DNA of 63,993 nucleotides, counting the filler, from the NCBI GenBank assembly GCA_964501035.1. It is 6 parts of 6 records of this genome, joined end to end, with 100 filler letters (N's around TTAATTAATTAA, not from the genome) between each part and the next. Parts side by side here need not be neighbours in the genome. Positions count along the whole stretch, not along the records: positions 25,244 to 37,302 come from CAZCRK010000049.1; positions 37,403 to 49,350 come from CAZCRK010000050.1; 4 more parts are not named here. The stretch is one strand, 5' to 3'. The translations under genes were made by a program, and so were the position numbers. Within the stretch, counting starts at the first letter, position 1. Every line of letters starts with the position of its first letter. Below the pieces are notes generated by a model. The model did not search any database. It was not told the DNA's origin and saw only the letters and a list, made by a program, of their open reading frames with translations. This document shows positions 30,177 through 40,552 of the stretch, piece after piece.

Positions 30177-32528
30177 ATCAAAAAGTATTTTAACATATTA
30201 TTTTTAGTTGCTTTATGGGTAAATATCTCATTTGCTCAAGAAACGTACCGTCCTAAAATTGGATTAGTGCTTTCTGGTGGAGGTTCACGAGGTGTTGCTC
30301 ATGTTGGTACACTTCGAATGTTAGATTCATTACAAATTCCAATTGATGTCATTGTTGGTACGAGCATGGGTGCTGTTGGTGGGGTGTTATATTCAACGGG
30401 TTATTCTGCTGATGAAATAGAACAATTAGTGATTACCACAAATTGGAACGAAATATTTTCGGATGAGCCTTCGCGAGATAAATTACCATATTTCAAAAAA
30501 AAGGATACTGGCAAATATCAGCTTGAGTTTGGGTTAAACGGATTTAAACCTCTCCCCCCCAGTGGATTTATTCAAGGTCAAAAAATTAGTCTTCTGTTTA
30601 GTCACTGGATGCATGCGTATGAAAATATAGGCAGTTTCGATGATTTGCCGATTCCATTTCGATGCAATGCAGTGGATATTGTAACAGGTAATGAAGTAAT
30701 ATTTGACAGGGGTTCATTATCCAAAGCAGTAAGATCAACAATATCAGTCCCCACGATTTTCAGTCCAGTACAATGGGGCGATTCACTCTTGGTTGATGGT
30801 GGAGTTTTAAACAATCTTCCTGTTGATATTGCCAAAAATTTGGGTGCAGATATTGTTTTGGCTGTCAATGTGGGTTCATCCCGTAAACATTACTCTGAGT
30901 TATCTTCAGCTTTAGATATTTTAGAACAATCCATAACTATTCATTCATTTGAAAAAGAATATGAAAATCAAGATTTAGCTGATTTTTTAATTACTCCCAA
31001 TTTGCAGGGGTTTAGATCATCAGATTTTCGAGAATCAACACTCAGAGATATGATGAATATTGGTATTCAAACCGCAAATGAAAATATTGAAATCTTTCTA
31101 CGATTGAAAGCATTGAGTCAAACTTCTGCAACAGAAAAAGCTATCAAATCCATTGCTTCTGAAGATGAATTGTTGATTGATAATATTAAAATCTTTGGTA
31201 ATTCCATGAAATCACCAGATTATTTTGACAAAGTGCTTAATCTAAAAGAAGGAATACCTATAAGGAAAGATTCCCTCATTTCTAAAATTAGATTAATTCG
31301 TGATACGGGAGATTTTGCACAACTCAAACATCATTTAGTACCATTAGATAACAAAAAATATCAACTTGTGTTTAATGTGAAAGAAAGTGAAAATCAAATT
31401 GTTTCAAAAATTACTGTCAGAGGTAATGACTTATTATCACGAAAATTTATAAAACGACTTTTAGGGTATAAAGTTAAAGATATTTTAAACTATCGTGAGT
31501 TAGAACAAAGAATTACAACTGCATATAGTTTGGGATATTTTGAAACAATTACCTATGAAATTCATTCATTATCTGATTCAAAAATCCACCTTAAATTCAA
31601 TGTGAAAGAAAAACTCCCGAAACGATTGTATCTAGGTGCTCGTTGGGATAACCATTATGGTTTAGTTGGTGTTGCAGATATACATGCAACGTATTGGTGG
31701 TTACCAGGACTTCAATTTGAATATCAATCTCAATTTGCTGGATTAATTAAAAATACATTCAAAATATACTATCCTTCACGAACATTAGATATTCCTGTTT
31801 TCCCTTTTGTAAAATCTCAATATTCTAAAAGACAGCTATTTACTATTGATGATGATTTTTCCATTATTGAAGAAGACTATGATGCTTCATTTTTGGGTGG
31901 GGGATTTGGGTTACTATTATACAAATATGGCGTATTAGAACTGGAGTATGATATTCTGAAATCAAATCTAAATAGCTTTAATGCATATCCACGATTTTCT
32001 TCAGAATTGATTGTAGACAATTTAGATAATGCACTTATTCCTTCAGATGGAATTAAAACGAATATTTATTACGAAAAAAGTAATGAAGTAATACAATACG
32101 AACATGTTTCTTCTACCATTGATGTGTATCATTCAAACAGGAGAGATACTTATCGTTTATTTGGTAAATATTCCCAAAATTATGGAGATACTCCGCACAA
32201 TCTTTTTAATCATAATGATGTACCCAATTACTTCCCTGGATATGAAATGGAGCAAATATTGTTTCACAACTTTTCGGCAATTGGAATTGAATACAGATAT
32301 CACAGGAAAAATAGTACGTATTTGAGGATTTTAGTATCACATATTTTATCCGCTGAATATATAAACAATAGTGAAATTACTTCTAAAACAGGATATGGAT
32401 TTGGTGTAACGTTAAAATCACCCTTTGGTCCACTCGAATTCATGTGGGGATGGGCTGAAAAGGATTTAACTAGTCAGTCCTCTAAGCTTCAAAGTAATTT
32501 TACATTTAATATGGGTTATAAATTTTAA
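30177..32528 (+). CDS. Patatin-like phospholipase + POTRA domains + Omp85-type barrel (PlpD / type Vd-like)
   Basis: LSGGGSRG, GTSMG and DGG patatin motifs; two POTRA-like repeats; SPFGPL...FNMGYKF barrel end. The in-frame signal peptide begins at ATC 30177, upstream of the ORF-track start at 30267. Confidence 0.85.
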   Translation: MKKYFNILFLVALWVNISFAQETYRPKIGLVLSGGGSRGVAHVGTLRMLDSLQIPIDVIVGTSMGAVGGVLYSTGYSADEIEQLVITTNWNEIFSDEPSRDKLPYFKKKDTGKYQLEFGLNGFKPLPPSGFIQGQKISLLFSHWMHAYENIGSFDDLPIPFRCNAVDIVTGNEVIFDRGSLSKAVRSTISVPTIFSPVQWGDSLLVDGGVLNNLPVDIAKNLGADIVLAVNVGSSRKHYSELSSALDILEQSITIHSFEKEYENQDLADFLITPNLQGFRSSDFRESTLRDMMNIGIQTANENIEIFLRLKALSQTSATEKAIKSIASEDELLIDNIKIFGNSMKSPDYFDKVLNLKEGIPIRKDSLISKIRLIRDTGDFAQLKHHLVPLDNKKYQLVFNVKESENQIVSKITVRGNDLLSRKFIKRLLGYKVKDILNYRELEQRITTAYSLGYFETITYEIHSLSDSKIHLKFNVKEKLPKRLYLGARWDNHYGLVGVADIHATYWWLPGLQFEYQSQFAGLIKNTFKIYYPSRTLDIPVFPFVKSQYSKRQLFTIDDDFSIIEEDYDASFLGGGFGLLLYKYGVLELEYDILKSNLNSFNAYPRFSSELIVDNLDNALIPSDGIKTNIYYEKSNEVIQYEHVSSTIDVYHSNRRDTYRLFGKYSQNYGDTPHNLFNHNDVPNYFPGYEMEQILFHNFSAIGIEYRYHRKNSTYLRILVSHILSAEYINNSEITSKTGYGFGVTLKSPFGPLEFMWGWAEKDLTSQSSKLQSNFTFNMGYKF

Positions 32529-32635
32529 TCTTTAACTTTTGTTATTATTAACTGTCCAACTTCTTAATTGTTACAATATTTCACATAATTCTAACCAATA
32601 AATTGGTAAATTTACTTTATGTACATGAATAAAAA

Positions 32636-34344
32636 TTGAGTGAGACGCGTATGTTAAAAAATATAATAATTATTGGCGGTACAGTACTTACACTTGCTTT
32701 TGCAAATTTGGTAACTCCAGAAAACAATAGTACGTTGAATTATATTCATGTATTATTTGAATGGGATCAAGAACCAGGTGCAAGTTCTTATCAACTTCAA
32801 ATATCAGAAAATAGTTCGTTTACCAACATTATCTCTGATGAAACGTCTGAATCATTATTATTTATTGATACTGATCATTTAGATTGGAATTCTCAATATT
32901 ACTGGAGAGTTCGTCCAAACAATTCAAGTGATTGGATTAACACATTCTCATTTTCGACAGGTCCAGCATTAAGTAATGCTACTGTATCTATAGCAGATGA
33001 AAATTCGATTCAAGAAGGAATTACAATTTTTGGTGCATTTTTTGATTATTATAGTGCTGCATTGGATATAAATGGCAAAGAAGTGTGGAACTCTGGAGAT
33101 AATAATTATGTTTTCTATCATTCCAACGACTTTGGGCAATGGTTTGGCGCATCCTATTTGGGGAATGTTCAAAATTATTTACAAGGGATTGAGTTTTCCC
33201 CTGCAAATACTATTCTCTGGGAAGAACCAAATGATGAGTTTGAGCATCATGAAATAATTCAACTTCCAAATGGAAATTATTTAGGATTAGTCACTTCAGA
33301 ACAATTAGGTCCCATATCACCGGGGCCATGGATTCCCACATTTCAAAGTTTGGGATTTGTAGCAGATGGTGTAACCAATGAATTTTCCTGGATTGGTGAT
33401 AAACTTGTTGAATGGCATAAAGATACAGGTGATATTGTGTGGAGCTGGGACACATTTGATTATTTCAACTTGAGTGACTATGACCCATCAGGGGGTGCTT
33501 GGCAACAAGCAATTAGCTCTCTGAAACATGATTGGACACATGCAAATGCATTTTATTTTAATGAAAGTGAATCTGCAATTTATGTATCATCACGACATCT
33601 TTCACGTATTACCAAAATTGATTATCCAAGCGGTAATGTCATTTGGAATATGGGTATGAATATGCCTTCAGGTGATGTGGATTTTGGACACGACTTAGGG
33701 TTTACGTTTCAACATGGTTTACAAGTTTTGGAAAATGGGAATATTGTTACATTAGACAATGGTAACCTAAGTACAATAGTAAATGGTACCGACTATCCAA
33801 CTACCCGCGCATTAGAAATTGAAATTGTAAATGAATCATCTGCATCTATTGTTTGGGAATTTAGTTTAGATGAGGAATATTTTGGTAATGCATCGGGGAA
33901 TGCTCAAAAGTTGGAGAATGGCAACTACTTAATTACTACCATAGGGAACGGTGCAAATTCCTTTGAAGTGTCACCAAATCATCAAATTGTTTGGGAATCA
34001 AATTATAATTTATCGTTTCCAAGTGGTGCTATTTACCGAGCACAACGTACCCCTGGTTTACACCCCATTGCTTTTAGCATCATTTCCCCTGATTTTATTG
34101 TGGATAATAATCAATCCATTATCGATCTTAATATTGGGAGTCAAAATATAGAGTTCACACTTGTAAATGAGGGGTTAACTCATGAAACGTTTGAGATATC
34201 CTTTTCGGATGAATTTGGATGGTTTGAAACAGTCGAAAATGAAATACTTTTGAGTGAATATGAGAATCCATTATCATTTGAGGGAAATATAGTTGCAAGT
34301 GATGATTTAAATGAAATCACATTAGCCGTTACACCAAAACACCA
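32636..34344 (+). CDS. Secreted arylsulfotransferase (ASST)-like protein with an N-terminal FN3-like domain (3' end runs into the gap)
   Basis: HHEIIQLPNGNYL, DWTHANA, SSRHLSRITKID, FQHGLQVLENGNIVTLDNG and YRAQR ASST motifs. Confidence 0.8.
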
Positions 34345-34444
34345 NNNNNNNNNNNNNNNNNNNNNNNNNNNNNNNNNNNNNNNNNNNNNNNNNNNNNNNN
34401 NNNNNNNNNNNNNNNNNNNNNNNNNNNNNNNNNNNNNNNNNNNN
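34345..34444. other. Scaffold gap of 100 N (no linker)
   Basis: Pure N-run; the true gap length is unknown. Confidence 0.95.
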
Positions 34445-35353
34445 ATATTTTTATTGGCAAGTATTCAACTTGTGTTTTCACAATGCGATGAGGGGTTTAC
34501 CTATTTTGAAGAATTACCCAATTCATTAACTATTTTATCCGGTGATAATTGTTTTAAAAATGAAGATTTAGAAGCCCTAACTAGTTTAATAAATGAAAAT
34601 AGTTTAAACTATGCTTCGTCACTCGAAGTAGGGACACAAACATGGTTTGATGGTCGATTGCGAATGTTTGTTGCGGGGTTTTATTTTGGTGGAGTTTCTT
34701 CTCAACTTACGGTTCTTCCGGATAATTTTGGCAATTTGGATGATTTACGTAGCTTGTATTTGGAGAGGAATCTGCTAACAGAACTCCCTGAGAGTTTTTC
34801 TCAACTAGTAAATTTAACATCACTATATGTTTCAAATAATTATTTGACGGCTTTAAATGAAAATATTGGAGATTTCCAGAGTTTATATTTTTTGGATGCC
34901 GGATATAATCAAATTGAATACTTACCAGATTCTTTCGTTAATTTGACAAGTTTACAATATTGTTGGTTGTTTAATAATCAACTCACAACACTTCCAGATG
35001 GATTTTGCAATTTAAATTTAAATTGGAGCGATATGGATTGGTCGTGGTATCCATATTTTGCAATAGGTGGAAATCCACTATGCCAAGATGTGCCAGAATG
35101 CGTGCTCACATCTGACCATTTTGAAATAAGTTTAGATCAATTTTATTATGCATTTCCAGTTGAAATACCAACAGAATGCACAACCAATAATGATGGCATA
35201 TGGGATGTATTAGATATTGTTCAAATTGTATTATTTATTTTGGATGAAGATACACCCACTATCGAAGAAACAGTATTTACTGATGTCAATAATGACACTA
35301 TAATTAACATACTCGACATTGTTCATATTGTTAATTTAATTATTGAGGGGTGA
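34445..35353 (+). CDS. Secreted leucine-rich-repeat protein with a C-terminal dockerin-like domain (5' end in the gap)
   Basis: Starts with a signal-peptide remnant IFLLASIQLVFSQC; about five LxxLxLxxNxLxxLP repeats; duplicated NNDGIWDVLDIV / DVNNDTIINILDIV Ca-binding motifs. Confidence 0.8.
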   Translation: MFLLASIQLVFSQCDEGFTYFEELPNSLTILSGDNCFKNEDLEALTSLINENSLNYASSLEVGTQTWFDGRLRMFVAGFYFGGVSSQLTVLPDNFGNLDDLRSLYLERNLLTELPESFSQLVNLTSLYVSNNYLTALNENIGDFQSLYFLDAGYNQIEYLPDSFVNLTSLQYCWLFNNQLTTLPDGFCNLNLNWSDMDWSWYPYFAIGGNPLCQDVPECVLTSDHFEISLDQFYYAFPVEIPTECTTNNDGIWDVLDIVQIVLFILDEDTPTIEETVFTDVNNDTIINILDIVHIVNLIIEG

Positions 35354-36462
35354 GCATGAAATCCATTTCCATTTTTAAACGATTATCAACTGCATATATG
35401 ACGATAGGAAACACCTTTGGAACATGGATATCTCCTATTATTACTGGGTTATTGATAAGTACACTCAGATTAATCGTGCTTTTGGGTATGACAATTGATA
35501 ATATTTTCTTTTCACGGATTCGGTCAAAGAAAGTGAATAACCCTATTGTTATTGTGGGGAATCCACGTTCAGGAACGACCTTCTTGCATCGATATTTAGT
35601 CAATAATGGAATTGGAGTAGGGTCCCAGTTATGGCAGTTAATCTATCCCTCTGTCATATTACAAACGTGTATTCGACCCATCCTCCCTTTGCTTGAAAAA
35701 ATCAGCCCAACACGACATCATTCTACGGTGGCTCATAAAACTAGTTTAACATCCGTTGAAACCGATGATGCTTCTATGTTGTTTCGTTTTTTTGATGGTT
35801 TTTTCTTGTATGGATTTATCATGTCATGGGCAGAAAAAGATGTGTTTGATTGGTTTGACCCGAAATTGCGAGATACATCTAAACGGGATTTCAATTGGTT
35901 AGAATCTATTTGGAAACGAACATTATTTAAACACCAAGATAAACGAATTATTGGAAAGTTATTTTCAATTAGTACAAATGTCCCCAAATTTTTAAAACGA
36001 TTTCCGGATGCACATCTTCTGTATATGGTGCGAGATCCACTCAGTGTTATCCCGTCAGGCTTAAGTTTGGTTACGGGAGTTTTAGATAAACGATTTGGAT
36101 TCTGGTCTCTATCTACTGAGTTGCAACAACGATATATCAAAAGGCTATACAAAGCACTGGTTGAACTCTTAATTCGTTTTCATGATGATTGGGTAAATAA
36201 TAAAATTGATAAAGACCGAGTGATGATTGTTAGATATGATAGAATGATGGCAGATTTTAACGGATTAATGGCTGACATTGTAAATTTTGTAGGACATGAA
36301 TCATCTCAATCACTGATGGATAAAATTCAAGAAACAGCAGAAGCACAGCGAAATTATTCGAGTAAGCATAAATACGATTTATCAAAGTTTGGATTAACCG
36401 AAGAACAAATACTCAAGGACTGCAAATGTGTGTATGATACTTTTTTAACAGAGGAATTTTAG
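35350..36462 (+). CDS. PAPS-dependent sulfotransferase
   Basis: 5'-PSB loop IVGNPRSGTTFLHRYL; 3'-PB MVRDPLSVIPS; N-terminal hydrophobic helix. Confidence 0.85.
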   Translation: MSMKSISIFKRLSTAYMTIGNTFGTWISPIITGLLISTLRLIVLLGMTIDNIFFSRIRSKKVNNPIVIVGNPRSGTTFLHRYLVNNGIGVGSQLWQLIYPSVILQTCIRPILPLLEKISPTRHHSTVAHKTSLTSVETDDASMLFRFFDGFFLYGFIMSWAEKDVFDWFDPKLRDTSKRDFNWLESIWKRTLFKHQDKRIIGKLFSISTNVPKFLKRFPDAHLLYMVRDPLSVIPSGLSLVTGVLDKRFGFWSLSTELQQRYIKRLYKALVELLIRFHDDWVNNKIDKDRVMIVRYDRMMADFNGLMADIVNFVGHESSQSLMDKIQETAEAQRNYSSKHKYDLSKFGLTEEQILKDCKCVYDTFLTEEF

Positions 36463-37059
36463 GTGAAAAACATTGTTATAATTGCAGTTAGTTTCATTCA
36501 AACCTGTCTGTTTGCCGGACCCATGTTGGAAGAATCAACTCAGTGGAATGAGTTACAATCAGGAAGTGTGTGGATTGGGTGGAATGAGAATGATGATATC
36601 CAATGGTGTAGAAGTATATCCACATTACCGTTTCCAATACAGTCTGTAATTGAAATTTTAGAGGATAAAGAAAACTACCCCCATGTATTTGATAGAGTAG
36701 AGAAAGTTCAAGTGTTTGAAAATGATATCATTCATCTTAGTTTAGATATGCCTTTCCCATTTTCAGGGCGTGATTATATTGTGCAATACACTATGGACAC
36801 TCATAAAAATGATATTTCATATAAATTTCAATCGACGTATGAAGTAAATTTGCCCATTCAAGATGATTATGTGCGTCTCCCGAGAGCAGGAGGTGAATGG
36901 TATTTGTCTTCGCCTTCGAAATACCAAACCAAAATTATTTATACCTGGAATGGTGAATTATTGGGTGATTTCCCTAACTGGGCATTAACACGAGCATGGA
37001 AAGAACAAGGAAACGAAGTCATGGATTGGTTAACAATTGCATTGGAGAATCAGAAATGA
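36463..37059 (+). CDS. Secreted START/SRPBCC lipid-binding domain protein
   Basis: Signal peptide; LDMPFPFSGRDYIV, GEWYL and LGDFPNW START-like motifs. Confidence 0.75.
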   Translation: MKNIVIIAVSFIQTCLFAGPMLEESTQWNELQSGSVWIGWNENDDIQWCRSISTLPFPIQSVIEILEDKENYPHVFDRVEKVQVFENDIIHLSLDMPFPFSGRDYIVQYTMDTHKNDISYKFQSTYEVNLPIQDDYVRLPRAGGEWYLSSPSKYQTKIIYTWNGELLGDFPNWALTRAWKEQGNEVMDWLTIALENQK

Positions 37060-37302
37060 GAAAATTTTTAATATTCTTGCTCCCCATATTTATTTTTGGT
37101 CAAACAAGTACATCGTTTTCTGGCAATGTTTCATTTGGAGATATTTATAGATTTTCAGATAATTCACGAATAGAAGTCCCATTTAGATTAACTAACGTTC
37201 AGTTAGATGTTGAATTTGGAGAGTTTCTGTTTAAATCCAATACAGCATTTGAGTTTAGACCTGGAGTTTATGATGCGTATGTATCTGAACTAAACAATAG
37301 GG
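37056..37302 (+). CDS. Exported hypothetical protein (3' truncated)
   Basis: ATG at 37056 overlaps the upstream TGA; signal peptide MRKFLIFLLPIFIFG followed by beta-strand-like segments. Confidence 0.55.
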
Positions 37303-37402
37303 NNNNNNNNNNNNNNNNNNNNNNNNNNNNNNNNNNNNNNNNNNNNTTAATTAATTAANNNNNNNNNNNNNNNNNNNNNNNNNNNNNNNNNNNNNNNNNN
37401 NN
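37303..37402. other. Artificial contig linker
   Basis: N-run with TTAATTAATTAA. Confidence 0.98.
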
Positions 37403-37404
37403 AA

Positions 37405-38328
37405 CATTTTATTGGATTAGAAGGTGCTCCAAAAGAGGATATTCAACAACTTATTGAAACAGGATTTATGTTTAGAGAAGTGTTGGATAGACCAATTAAA
37501 AAAGTACCTTCACTAACAGGTAAAAATGTTGTTAATTTGTTTTTTGAAAATTCCACTCGTACTCGACTTTCATTTGAATTAGCTGAAAAGAGACTTTCTG
37601 CAGATGTTACAAATTTTTCAGCAAGTTCATCCAGTTTAAACAAAGGAGAAAGTTTTAAAGACACTATTCAAAATATTCATGCGATGAAAATGGATTGTGT
37701 TGTAATGCGCCACCCCGTTCCTGGTTCGTGTATTCAATTAACACAATTTGTAGATTCAATTGTTGTTAATGCAGGAGATGGAACTCATGAACATCCAACC
37801 CAAGCAATGTTAGATATGATGAGCTTACATGAAAAATTTGGCAAGTTAAATGGGTTAAAAGTAGCAATTGTTGGTGACATTTCGCATAGTCGAGTTGCAT
37901 TGTCCAATATTTTTGGATTGTTAACTATGGGTGCAGAAGTAACACTATGTGGACCACCTCATTTGATTCCTGTAGGAATTGCAGAATTGGGTGTTAATAT
38001 AAATTACAATATTGATGAAGTAATAGAGTGGGCAGATGCATTAAATGTTTTACGCATACAAAGAGAAAGAATGGGAGTGGGATTAATTCCTTCAGTCCGA
38101 GAATACAGAGATTACTTTGGTATTACACAAGAACGGTTGGAACAACATAAAAAAGAAGTTGTTATTATGCACCCTGGTCCAATGAATAGAGGTGTAGAAA
38201 TTGATAGCACAGTTGCTGATGGCGATCAAGCAATTATTTTGGATCAAGTATTAAACGGGGTTGCAATACGAATGAGTATTTTATATCTCCTTTTAGGTGG
38301 GGCAGAAAAAGAGGCGAACAATGACTAA
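37405..38328 (+). CDS. pyrB: Aspartate carbamoyltransferase catalytic subunit (first residues lost at the contig start)
   Basis: Frame open upstream (HFIGLEG...); FFENSTRTRLSFE, NAGDGTHEHPTQ, RIQRER, MHPGPMNRGVEI. Confidence 0.96.
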   Translation, partial: HFIGLEGAPKEDIQQLIETGFMFREVLDRPIKKVPSLTGKNVVNLFFENSTRTRLSFELAEKRLSADVTNFSASSSSLNKGESFKDTIQNIHAMKMDCVVMRHPVPGSCIQLTQFVDSIVVNAGDGTHEHPTQAMLDMMSLHEKFGKLNGLKVAIVGDISHSRVALSNIFGLLTMGAEVTLCGPPHLIPVGIAELGVNINYNIDEVIEWADALNVLRIQRERMGVGLIPSVREYRDYFGITQERLEQHKKEVVIMHPGPMNRGVEIDSTVADGDQAIILDQVLNGVAIRMSILYLLLGGAEKEANND

Positions 38329-39595
38329 AGAATTATTATTGATTAATGGAAATATTTATAATCCATATTCAGATGAACATGTATCTGGTTCTATCTTAAT
38401 TAAGGATGGGATGCTAACAGAAATTGGTGACGTTAAACCATCTGGTAATGAAGAAGTAATTGATTGTTCAGGCAAAGTAATTACAACAGGTTTTATTGAT
38501 ATTCATGTTCATTTTAGAGAACCTGGCAGAGAAGATAAAGAAACGTTAAAAACTGGTGCTGATGCAGCCCTTGCTGGTGGATTTACTCGTGTTTGCGTTA
38601 TGCCAAACACAAACCCTCCTCTTGATAATCCAGAATCGATTCGATTTATTCAAGAAAAGTCAAAAGATTTACCTGTAAAAATTTACCCAATTGGGGCTAT
38701 GACTATTGGTCAAAAAGGTGTGGAAATTGCAGAGTATGGAGGAATGGTAAATGAAGGTGCCGTTGCTATTTCTGATGATGGACTTCCCGTTCAAAATGGG
38801 CAAGTTATGCGCTATGCATTGGAATACAGTCAAAAATATAATATTCCTGTTATTAATCATGCTGAAGATATACATGTACGAAATGATGGTATTATGAATG
38901 AAAGTGCATTGTCAACTCGAATGGGTTTGACCGGGAATCCTGCTTGTTCTGAATCCATTATGGTATATAGAGACTTAGAATTAGCAATGTTAACAGGTGG
39001 CCGAATTCATATCCCACATGTATCAACTAAGAAATCTGTTGATTTGATTAGAGAATATAAAGCCAAAGGAGTAAATGTTACTGCTGAAGTAACCCCACAT
39101 CATATTGGGCTAAATGAAAATGCAATTTCACAATTCAACACGAATGCAAAAGTTGCACCACCATTAAGAGATATTAGTGACTGTAATGCACTTATTGAAG
39201 GGTTGACAGATGGTACTATTAATTGTATTGCAACAGATCATGCTCCTCATACCATTGAAGACAAGGAAATGGACATCCAACATTCTCCATGTGGTATGAT
39301 TGGTTTAGAGTCTGCATTTGGATTGAGTTATACAGTTTTGTCAAAACATAATATTTCCATTGAGTCAATAATTCAAATTTTGACAAAAAACCCTGCAGAT
39401 GTTATGGGATGGGATTTAACTGGATTTGAAATAGGTAAGTCTGCTGAAATCAATATTATTGATCCAGATTTAGAGTGGGTGTTTTCTGAAGAGCATATTT
39501 GTTCTCGTTCAAAAAATTCACCTATGGTTGGGTTAAAGTTTAAAGGTAAAGTAGAGACAACTATTGCAAATAAAACAATTTACAAACAGAAATAA
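38321..39595 (+). CDS. pyrC: Dihydroorotase (long, type I)
   Basis: DIHVHFREPG, MPNTNP, EVTPHH, ATDHAPH; ATG at 38321 is the likely start. Confidence 0.94.
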   Translation: MTKELLLINGNIYNPYSDEHVSGSILIKDGMLTEIGDVKPSGNEEVIDCSGKVITTGFIDIHVHFREPGREDKETLKTGADAALAGGFTRVCVMPNTNPPLDNPESIRFIQEKSKDLPVKIYPIGAMTIGQKGVEIAEYGGMVNEGAVAISDDGLPVQNGQVMRYALEYSQKYNIPVINHAEDIHVRNDGIMNESALSTRMGLTGNPACSESIMVYRDLELAMLTGGRIHIPHVSTKKSVDLIREYKAKGVNVTAEVTPHHIGLNENAISQFNTNAKVAPPLRDISDCNALIEGLTDGTINCIATDHAPHTIEDKEMDIQHSPCGMIGLESAFGLSYTVLSKHNISIESIIQILTKNPADVMGWDLTGFEIGKSAEINIIDPDLEWVFSEEHICSRSKNSPMVGLKFKGKVETTIANKTIYKQK

Positions 39596-39618
39596 AAAAT
39601 TATTATAACGATAAAGTC

Positions 39619-39656
39619 TTGACTTGCCTGTAAAAATTCTCCTAATTTTATGGGCT
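39619..39656 (+). promoter_or_regulatory. Promoter of the rplM operon
   Basis: TTGACT-N18-TAATTT followed by TATGGGCT. Confidence 0.6.
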
Positions 39657-39693
39657 TTATTTGTAATCATTTTTGAAAGAATAAAAAGAATAT

Positions 39694-40125
39694 ATGGAAA
39701 CTACTTCTATTAAACAGAGTGAAATCACTCAAGATTGGTTTATTGTGGATGCTGAAGGGCAAACACTTGGTCGATTAGCTAGCAAAATTGCTCAAGTTAT
39801 TCGCGGAAAACATAAACCTTATTTTACACCTCATTTGGATATGGGTGATTTTGTTATTGTTATCAACGCAGAAAAAATTAATGTAACTGGTAACAAAGAA
39901 AATGCAAAGGAATATTGGCATCATACTGGATATCCAGGTGGCCAAAAATCTGAAAAGTTACGAAAAGTAAGAAGAGAACATCCGGAACGGATTATTATTA
40001 ATGCTGTTAAAGGTATGCTACCTCATAATAGATTGGGTAGAAAGTTAAATAGTCATTTAAAAGTATATAGCGGTAGTGAGCATCCACACTCAGCACAGCA
40101 ACCAAAAACTTTAGAATTAAATTAA
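39694..40125 (+). CDS. rplM: 50S ribosomal protein L13
   Basis: [43 protein letters not shown]. Confidence 0.98.
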   Translation: METTSIKQSEITQDWFIVDAEGQTLGRLASKIAQVIRGKHKPYFTPHLDMGDFVIVINAEKINVTGNKENAKEYWHHTGYPGGQKSEKLRKVRREHPERIIINAVKGMLPHNRLGRKLNSHLKVYSGSEHPHSAQQPKTLELN

Positions 40126-40136
40126 AAGGGCACTGA

Positions 40137-40535
40137 ATGTCAGGTAAAGAAAATCAATTTACAGCAATCGGACGTCGCAAATCATCTATTGCACGAGTAC
40201 GTTTTGTTAAAGGCAAAGGAAAATTTACTGTAAATAATAGAGATGTTGAATCATATTTTGGTAGAGACACATTAAAAATGATGATGCGTCAACCTATGGA
40301 ACTTGTTGGATTTGCTGACAAGTATGATATTATTGCAAACGTTGATGGCGGTGGATTAACTGGTCAAGCAGGTGCAATTCGTTTAGGTATATCAAGAGTT
40401 TTAGAAAAAATTGATCCGGAACATAGACCAATTCTAAAAAAAGCAGGTATGATGACTAGAGATTCAAGAGAAGTTGAACGTAAGAAATATGGTCAACCTG
40501 GCGCTCGTAAGAACTTCCAATTCTCAAAACGTTAA
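40137..40535 (+). CDS. rpsI: 30S ribosomal protein S9
   Basis: [26 protein letters not shown]...QFSKR. Confidence 0.98.
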   Translation: MSGKENQFTAIGRRKSSIARVRFVKGKGKFTVNNRDVESYFGRDTLKMMMRQPMELVGFADKYDIIANVDGGGLTGQAGAIRLGISRVLEKIDPEHRPILKKAGMMTRDSREVERKKYGQPGARKNFQFSKR

Positions 40536-40552
40536 AATTTAATAGAGAGTAT

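Noticed and set aside
32636..35353. A single 905-aa ASST-LRR-dockerin fusion, as given in the ORF track
   Set aside because: The ORF reads through a placeholder N gap, and the sequence after the gap begins with a signal-peptide remnant, indicating a separate gene.
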